Shown here in pieces: positions 57,900 to 64,000 of a stretch of DNA of 64,000 nucleotides. This DNA comes from Lentisphaeria bacterium (GTDB lineage Bacteria; Verrucomicrobiota; Lentisphaeria; JABSQK01; JAWLHB01). Location of the stretch: NCBI GenBank assembly GCA_041690595.1, contig JAWLHB010000006.1, forward strand, positions 62,001 through 126,000. Reading direction: 5' to 3'. Position 1 is the stretch's first letter. Each line of letters starts with the position of its first letter. The translations under genes were made by a program, and so were the position numbers. Below the pieces are notes generated by a model. The model searched no databases. It was not told where the DNA came from and saw only the letters and a list, made by a program, of their open reading frames with translations.

Positions 57900-58948
57900 T
57901 GAAGCGGACAGCGCTGCCGCACCTTCATGGCCTGCTCCTGATTGCCTTGGCGACCGCTTTGCTGACGGCACCGGCGGCGTGGGCGGCGGAGGGTTGCGCG
58001 ACCTGCGGCAAGGCATTGCCCGAGCGGTATCTGAAGGATCAGGAGAGTGGCAAGAGCTATTGCTCAAAGGCGTGTTACGCAGCCACGCGCCCACAATGCG
58101 TGATCTGCGGCCAAGCGCTGACCGATCGCTATCTGCAGAGCGACGATCAGCTCTTCTGCTCGGAGGCATGCCTGCTGAAGAGCCTTCCCGCCTGCGCAAT
58201 CTGCGGCAAGCGCAACCACAGGTACGCCACCTTCCGCGGTCAGGTGTTCTGCGCCGAGCATGCCTCAAGCCCCCGCTGCAACGAGTGCCAGCTGCCCTTT
58301 GGCAAGGGGCATGAACTGAGCGATGGACGGCGGCTGTGCGCGGCCTGCCGTGTGCACGCGATCTTCGACATGAAGGACGCTCAGCTCTGGTACGATCATG
58401 CCCGGCAGGAGGTGCAGGCAATCACCGGCTATACCATCGGATCGCCGCCGCGACTGGCCCTGGCGGACCGACACAAGCTCGCCCAGTTGATGCATGAGCA
58501 GATCTTTGCCGACGATGCCACCGTCGTGCGCGGCTGCTATGAGCGCAGTGAGCAAGTGGAAGTGCGACGCGGCCCCAAGGGAGACAAACACCGGATGGTG
58601 GCAATCGACGAACGGATCACCCTGCTCTTCGGCCAGACCCGTGACAACTTCGTGGCCGGGGCGGTTCACGAGCTGACGCACGACCTGCTGGCCGACCGCT
58701 TCCCCCACATGCGCAAGACCCCACTCTGGGTGCAGGAAGGGATCTGCCAGTACCTCTCCGCCGTCTATTGCCACAAGCACCAGCTCCTTGACGCGCTGCA
58801 GACGATTGAAGAGAGTCCCAACCCAGTCTACGGCGACGGCTACCGGTACTTCAAGCGAAAGTTTGGCGAGAACAACTGGTCGGGCCTCCATTACTGGCTG
58901 CGCAACGGGGAGCTGTCTGAGCTGACGCAGCATGCTCCCGCGGAATAG
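57896..58948 (+). CDS. Secreted tandem zinc-finger (LIM-like) protein with a DA1-like zinc metallopeptidase domain
   Basis: Signal peptide ending AAWA, four Cys/His finger units, then HELTH...QEGICQ and PVYGDGYR. Confidence 0.85.
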   Translation: MMKRTALPHLHGLLLIALATALLTAPAAWAAEGCATCGKALPERYLKDQESGKSYCSKACYAATRPQCVICGQALTDRYLQSDDQLFCSEACLLKSLPACAICGKRNHRYATFRGQVFCAEHASSPRCNECQLPFGKGHELSDGRRLCAACRVHAIFDMKDAQLWYDHARQEVQAITGYTIGSPPRLALADRHKLAQLMHEQIFADDATVVRGCYERSEQVEVRRGPKGDKHRMVAIDERITLLFGQTRDNFVAGAVHELTHDLLADRFPHMRKTPLWVQEGICQYLSAVYCHKHQLLDALQTIEESPNPVYGDGYRYFKRKFGENNWSGLHYWLRNGELSELTQHAPAE

Positions 58949-59117
58949 TTTATTGAGATCCTCCCCTTCTTGATAAATCGGTGTATAGTACGGGTCGATT
59001 TTGACAGGTCGACAGTTGGTTTGGAAACTGTCGGCCGCTTTTTCGCGCCCTGACTGGTGGCAGGCCGACAAAGGTGTCGTGTGCAATAGAACTATTTCCC
59101 CAAGGATACCTTACTCC

Positions 59118-61016
59118 ATGAGTCCAGCAAACAAGCTGCCCAAGTTCAAAGTTCCCCCCGAAGTGCGCGCACTGCTCGAAGACTGTCCCGATTTCACCAT
59201 AGCCGGCACCCTGAGCGAGCTGGCCGACCTGTCGGTGCGTGATGCGGTAGACGGCTGGGCGGATGTGGCCTACGACGTGCCCGGCAAAGGACGAATCGTG
59301 GAGGCAAGAGCCTGCCGCGTGCGAAACGGCATTGCCGCCAATTACCTCGATCCCTACATGCGGCGACGGGATCCGGACTGCATGGTGATCGCGGACGATC
59401 TGCCGACCAATAAGCCGCACTACAAGGATCGCTTCGGGGAGGCCTTTACCAAGACGCGCCAGGAAACGATGGATTGGCTGCGCGAGCAGGAACTATGCCT
59501 CTTCCCCTTCGTGGCGGGTGCGCCCGGCAAAGGGGTCGATGCGCTGGTGGTGGCGCCGGCCAACGCCGGTTTCTTCGCCTTCGGGTTGGCTTTGCTGCAG
59601 GGGATCATCGAGGCGTCGGAGCTGCGCTCGAGTTACGACCCGAAAGCGGTCATCTATGTGGCTCCACCCTTCCGGCACAGTCATTTCGATGGGCGGCAGG
59701 TGGTCGTGCACAACCGCCGTTCGACCGTGCATGAACTTTTTGCCTATAACCTCTATCCGGGACCGAGCGCCAAGAAGGGAATCTACGGGGTCCTCATCAA
59801 TCTGGGCGAGCAGGAGGACTGGCTGACTGCCCACTGCTCCACGGTGCAGGTGGTCACGCCGTACGACAACAAGATCACCATCATGCATGAGGGGGCCAGC
59901 GGCGGCGGCAAGAGCGAAATGCTCGAAACCATGCACCGCGAGAAGGACGGACGCCTCCTGCTCGGACGCAACGTGGTCACCGGCGAGGACCGCCATGTCG
60001 TCCTGCCCCGTAACTGCGAGCTGCGCCCGGTCACCGACGATATGGCCCTCTGCCATCCGTCGCTGCAGAAGGACAGCGAGAAGCTCTACGTGATGGATGC
60101 CGAAAATGCCTGGTTCATCCGCGTCAATCACATTGCCCACTACGGTACGGATCCGAGTCTGGAAGAGACGACCATCCACAGCAAGGAACCGTTGCTCTTC
60201 CTGAACATCGATGCGGCACCCGGGGGCACCGGGCTGATCTGGCAACACATCGAAGACGAACCCGGCGTCGCCTGCCCGAATCCACGCGTAGTCGTGCCGC
60301 GCGAAGTCGTCCCCAATGTGGTGACGGGGGCGGTGCGGGTGGATATCCGCAGCTTCGGCGTACGCACCCCACCGTGCACGGCGGATGAGCCGAGCTTCGG
60401 CATCTTCGGGCTGCTGCACGTGCTGCCGCCAGCCCTGGCATGGCTCTGGCGTCTGGTTGCCCCGCGCGGATACGCCAACCCCAGCATTACCTCCGGCGAG
60501 GCCATGGAGAGCGAAGGCGTCGGCTCCTACTGGCCCTTTGCCACGGGTCGCCGTGTAGACCAGGCGAACCTGCTGCTCAAGCAGATCGTCCATACGCCCA
60601 AGGTGCGGTACATCCTGATTCCGAACCAGCATATCGGCTCCTGGCGGGTCGGTTTCATGGCGCAGTGGCTTGCCCGCGAGTACCTTGCCCGCCGTGGCGG
60701 AGCCTGGTTTACCCGTGACCAGGTCACCCCCTCGCGCTGTCCGCTCCTTGGCTACACGCCGAAGCAGGTCATGATCGAGGGACAGACCATCGGTCCATGG
60801 TTCCTGCGGACGCATACCCAGCCGGAGATCGGTGAAGCCGGCTACGACGAGGGAGCCAGGATTCTGGGCAACTTCTTCCGCGAGCAACTCGAGCATTTCC
60901 TCGAACCGGATCTCATGTTCATCGGCAAGCAGATTATCGCCTGCTGCCTGGACAACGGCAGTCTCGAAGACTATACCCTGCTGATGAACGCCGAAGTCTT
61001 CCAGCAGGACGAGTGA
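59118..61016 (+). CDS. DUF4914-like protein with PEP-carboxykinase-like P-loop motifs
   Basis: NYLDPYMRRRDPDCM, YNLYPGPSAKKG, TAHCS, HEGASGGGKSE (Walker A), TDDMA and CPNPR. Confidence 0.78.
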   Translation: MSPANKLPKFKVPPEVRALLEDCPDFTIAGTLSELADLSVRDAVDGWADVAYDVPGKGRIVEARACRVRNGIAANYLDPYMRRRDPDCMVIADDLPTNKPHYKDRFGEAFTKTRQETMDWLREQELCLFPFVAGAPGKGVDALVVAPANAGFFAFGLALLQGIIEASELRSSYDPKAVIYVAPPFRHSHFDGRQVVVHNRRSTVHELFAYNLYPGPSAKKGIYGVLINLGEQEDWLTAHCSTVQVVTPYDNKITIMHEGASGGGKSEMLETMHREKDGRLLLGRNVVTGEDRHVVLPRNCELRPVTDDMALCHPSLQKDSEKLYVMDAENAWFIRVNHIAHYGTDPSLEETTIHSKEPLLFLNIDAAPGGTGLIWQHIEDEPGVACPNPRVVVPREVVPNVVTGAVRVDIRSFGVRTPPCTADEPSFGIFGLLHVLPPALAWLWRLVAPRGYANPSITSGEAMESEGVGSYWPFATGRRVDQANLLLKQIVHTPKVRYILIPNQHIGSWRVGFMAQWLAREYLARRGGAWFTRDQVTPSRCPLLGYTPKQVMIEGQTIGPWFLRTHTQPEIGEAGYDEGARILGNFFREQLEHFLEPDLMFIGKQIIACCLDNGSLEDYTLLMNAEVFQQDE

Positions 61017-61022
61017 GGCATG

Positions 61023-61057
61023 GGCACGGATCGATCATGAAAGGGTCGATCCGTGCC
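61023..61057. terminator. GC-rich hairpin between convergent genes (possible bidirectional terminator)
   Basis: GGCACGGATCGA (61023-61034) is the perfect reverse complement of TCGATCCGTGCC (61046-61057). There is no clear U-tract. Confidence 0.6.
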
Positions 61058-61062
61058 AGACT

Positions 61063-61758
61063 TCAGCTCTGGCCGTAGTAGGCGTTGGCGCCATGCTTGC
61101 GCTGATAGTGCTTGGCCATCAGCGACCGCTTCAGCGGCTGGGCATCGGGATCGATGCTGAGCGTGAGCCATGCCATGCGGGCAAGCTCCTCCAGCACCGC
61201 GGCATTGTAGACGGCCTTGGCGCCATCCTTGCCCCAGGTGAAGGGGCCGTGGCCGGCCACGAGCATCATCTGGATGTCATCCGGCGAGGAGTCTCCCATT
61301 GCCTCGATGATCTGGACGCCGGTCTCCTCCTCGTAGTCTCCGGCGATCTGGTCGTCGCGCAGAATGCCGGTGCAGGGGATCTCCGCCGCGAGGTGATCCG
61401 CGTGGGTGGTGCCGAAGCAGGGAATGGGACGGCAGGCCTGCGCCCAGGCTGTCGCATGGGTGCTGTGCGTATGAACAACGCCGCCAATAGAGGGGTAGCG
61501 GCGATAGAGCGCGTTGTGGGTCCTGGTATCACTCGATGGACGGAGCTTGCCCTCGACGACGCGATTATCGAGGTCGACGACCACCATCATGTCAGCCGTC
61601 AGTTCCTCGTAGGCAACGCCAGAAGGCTTGACCGCCATGACGCCGCGGTCGCGATCGACCTCGCTCACGTTGCCGAAGGTATAGAGGACGAGTCCGCGGC
61701 GAGGCAGCTCCATGTTGGCTTCCCAGGCGCGTTGTTTCAGGTCACGATAATTGCTCAT
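61063..61758 (-). CDS. araD: L-ribulose-5-phosphate 4-epimerase
   Basis: YTFGNVS, KPSGV, PSSDT, GGVVHTHS, GTTHAD, HGPFTWG and RKHGANAYYGQ. Confidence 0.97.
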   Translation of the reverse strand: MSNYRDLKQRAWEANMELPRRGLVLYTFGNVSEVDRDRGVMAVKPSGVAYEELTADMMVVVDLDNRVVEGKLRPSSDTRTHNALYRRYPSIGGVVHTHSTHATAWAQACRPIPCFGTTHADHLAAEIPCTGILRDDQIAGDYEEETGVQIIEAMGDSSPDDIQMMLVAGHGPFTWGKDGAKAVYNAAVLEELARMAWLTLSIDPDAQPLKRSLMAKHYQRKHGANAYYGQS

Positions 61759-63410
61759 GAGCTTCTGGATCCGCCTTCGTGGTGCTCTTCGACAAAAGCG
61801 CCGAGCGCCAGGTAATGCTGATAGAGCGTTTCATAGGCGCGCACGTTCTCCGGGATCGGCCGGTACTGCATTTCGGCGCCGGCGCCCATGGCCGGTTGGG
61901 CATCCTCGACCTTGTCGTAGATGCCGGCGGCCGTTGCTGCAAACATGGCCGCACCGAGCGCGCAGGCCTGCTCGGAGCGCGCCACATCGATCGGCATATT
62001 GAGGATGTCCGCACAGACCTGAACAATGAAGGGCGACTTCTTCGGGATGCCGCCCAGAACGATCACCCGCTCGATCTCTATTCCCTCCTCGCGAAAGCGA
62101 TCGACGATCCGCCGGGAACCGAAGGCCGTGGCCTCGACCAGCGCCCTGTAGATGCGCGGGGCATCGCTACCGAGGGTCAGCCCCATGATGGCGCCGCGCA
62201 GTTCCTGATTTGCATAGGGGGTGCGGCGGCCATTCATCCAGTCGATGGCGACGATCCCGGATTCTCCAATGGGAATCTTCTCGGCCGCGGCATTCAGGGC
62301 GGGGAGAATCCGGTCGCGTGCGGCTTCTCCTCCCTCGACCAGGTCGAGGCCGAAGCCAAGGAGAGCGCCGAACCAGGCAAAAAGGTCGCCAAAGGCGGAT
62401 TGACCGGCCTCCATTCCCAGCATCCCAGGGACGATTGAACCATCGACCTGACCGCAGATGCCGCCGATCAGCTTGTCGCCGATATGGGCACAGGGCGCGA
62501 TGAGCATGTCGCAGGTGGAGGTACCCATCACCTTGCTGAGCGTGTAGGGCTTGATCTCCACCCCCACGGCGCCCATGTGCGCATCGAAGGCGCCGACGGC
62601 AACGGCAACATCCGTGGTGAGTCCGAGCTTGGCGGCCCATTCCGCCGTCAGGTTGCCCACCTTGACATCCGAGGTGAAGGTGTGGCGGTAGAGACGGTCG
62701 CGAAGACCACCGAGAAGCGGATCGACGACGGTCAGGAACGCTTCGGGGGGAAGCCCTTCCCAAGACTCGTGCCACATGGCCTTGTGACCGGCGGCGCAGC
62801 GGCTTCGCTTCAGGGTCAGGGGGTCGGTCTTGCCGGTAAGCAGGGCCGGCATCCAATCGCAATGCTCTACCCAAGACCAGGCAGCGTCTCGGACGGCGGC
62901 ATCCTTGCGCAGAATGTGCAGGATCTTGGCAAAGAACCATTCGCTGGAATAGACGCCGCCCGAGTAGCGGGTATAGTCGTCGCCACCCCAAGTACGCGCG
63001 GTGCGGTTGATGTCCGCCGCTTCCTTCACTGCCGTATGGTCTTTCCACAAGACGAACATGGCATTGGGGTTGTCGGCAAATTCATCCTTGAGCGCCAGCG
63101 GGGTGCCTTGGCGATCGACCGCCACGGGTGTCGATCCGGTGGTATCGACCGCCAGCCCCTTCACCTGCGAGGCGACCTCCTCGCCGGCCTCTTCGAGGGC
63201 GCCGCGGACGGAGGCGATGAGCCCTTCGATGTAGTCGAGGGGATGCTGGCGGAACGCGTTCCTGGACGGATCGCAGTACAATCCGCGCTTCCATCTCGCG
63301 TAGGGATGTACGTGGGCGCCAAGTTCCTCGCCGGTGCGGGCGTTGACCACCACCGAGCGCACGGAATCCGTGCCGTAATCCACGCCAATGACATAGCTGT
63401 CCCGTGCCAT
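61755..63410 (-). CDS. araB: Ribulokinase
   Basis: GVDYGTDSVR, FRQHPLDY, DTTGSTP, LWKDHTA, YSSEWF, RSRCAAGHK and DWMNGRRTP. Confidence 0.97.
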   Translation of the reverse strand: MARDSYVIGVDYGTDSVRSVVVNARTGEELGAHVHPYARWKRGLYCDPSRNAFRQHPLDYIEGLIASVRGALEEAGEEVASQVKGLAVDTTGSTPVAVDRQGTPLALKDEFADNPNAMFVLWKDHTAVKEAADINRTARTWGGDDYTRYSGGVYSSEWFFAKILHILRKDAAVRDAAWSWVEHCDWMPALLTGKTDPLTLKRSRCAAGHKAMWHESWEGLPPEAFLTVVDPLLGGLRDRLYRHTFTSDVKVGNLTAEWAAKLGLTTDVAVAVGAFDAHMGAVGVEIKPYTLSKVMGTSTCDMLIAPCAHIGDKLIGGICGQVDGSIVPGMLGMEAGQSAFGDLFAWFGALLGFGLDLVEGGEAARDRILPALNAAAEKIPIGESGIVAIDWMNGRRTPYANQELRGAIMGLTLGSDAPRIYRALVEATAFGSRRIVDRFREEGIEIERVIVLGGIPKKSPFIVQVCADILNMPIDVARSEQACALGAAMFAATAAGIYDKVEDAQPAMGAGAEMQYRPIPENVRAYETLYQHYLALGAFVEEHHEGGSRSS

Positions 63411-63520
63411 AGAAAGATCTCCTGTATCGTTGCCTTGCTGAAGGTATGCTTCAGGCTAAAGATAGCTGGCCATGCCCCGAAGGCAAAGCCTTGCGAAGAA
63501 GCTTTCCAGCAACTCCCGGT

Positions 63521-64000
63521 TCAGACGCGCTCCTGCATCAGCGTGAAAAGGCGTTGCTTGTCCAGGTATGGCAGATATTGCCTGAAATCCATGCCGGAAC
63601 GAACGACCCAGTCGGTCAGCAGGCGTTTGACGGCATCCTGCAGATTCTGCGTCGTCCACGGCTTCTGGATGTAATGATCGATGTGCGCCTGATTGATTGC
63701 CCGGATGGTATCCTCGTGGGTCGCCAGACCGGTGAGCAACAGCTTGAGGACCGCCTCGTATTCCGGCTCGTTGTTGAGTTCGATGAGGAAGTCGATGCCG
63801 GTGGTGCCGGGCATGATATGATCGCAGATGATGAGCGGGATGAGCTCGCCATGCTGCACCAGCTCGTTCATGACCTGCCGAGCCTCGTCGACAGATTCGC
63901 ATTCGACAAGGTTGAAGGCGTCGACAAAGTAATCGAGATCGCGCCGTAAGGTCGCCAGGACCTCCCGCTGATCGTCCACGCAAAGAATGTTAAGCTGAGC
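63521..64000 (-). CDS. Stand-alone response regulator receiver protein, 5'-truncated by the window edge
   Basis: The frame is open to base 64000: AQLNILCVDDQREV...IICDHIMP...LLTG...KPW. Confidence 0.9.
   Translation of the reverse strand, partial: AQLNILCVDDQREVLATLRRDLDYFVDAFNLVECESVDEARQVMNELVQHGELIPLIICDHIMPGTTGIDFLIELNNEPEYEAVLKLLLTGLATHEDTIRAINQAHIDHYIQKPWTTQNLQDAVKRLLTDWVVRSGMDFRQYLPYLDKQRLFTLMQERV

Noticed and set aside
1..64000. tRNA, rRNA, transposase, integrase or prophage genes
   Set aside because: None was recognised by eye. Nearly all the sequence is accounted for by the listed CDSs.

Overview
GC-rich bacterial chromosome segment with dense coding. It probably comes from the PVC superphylum (Lentisphaerae/Verrucomicrobia-like); this is an inference from gene order and gene families. 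From left to right: a partial winged-helix regulator and HMG-CoA synthase; a 9-bp tandem repeat; a minus-strand housekeeping run (rplY-pth-rpsF-ssb-rpsR-rplI-dnaB-bamA) ending in a glycosidase-like gene; holA; a sugar ABC transporter with glpK; a sulfatase; oxidoreductases and a CHASE4 hybrid kinase; and a MoxR/DUF58/Bat (VWA-TPR) operon. Next comes the most notable feature, a tightly coupled 12-gene minus-strand redox operon (34948-50292). It encodes a HydC-HydB/NuoE-NuoF fusion with bifurcating-type motifs, a shortened Stn/GltD-like partner with no hydrogenase or molybdopterin catalytic domain, a membrane polyferredoxin, three Tat-signal Cys-rich proteins, two membrane-anchored PQQ-like beta-propellers, a giant FtsX/MacB-type ABC permease with its ATPase, a DCC thiol oxidoreductase and an aldo-keto-reductase-like protein. 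The right end holds acetolactate decarboxylase, SGNH, GT2 and GH2 genes, a core MetE-type enzyme, a secreted zinc-finger/DA1-like metalloprotease resembling plant DA1, a PEPCK-like P-loop protein, araD-araB and a partial response regulator. A candidate 6S-like rod-shaped RNA lies between rpsR and rplI. I saw no CRISPR array, tRNA, rRNA or mobile element. All product calls come from motif recognition by eye, not from database searches.
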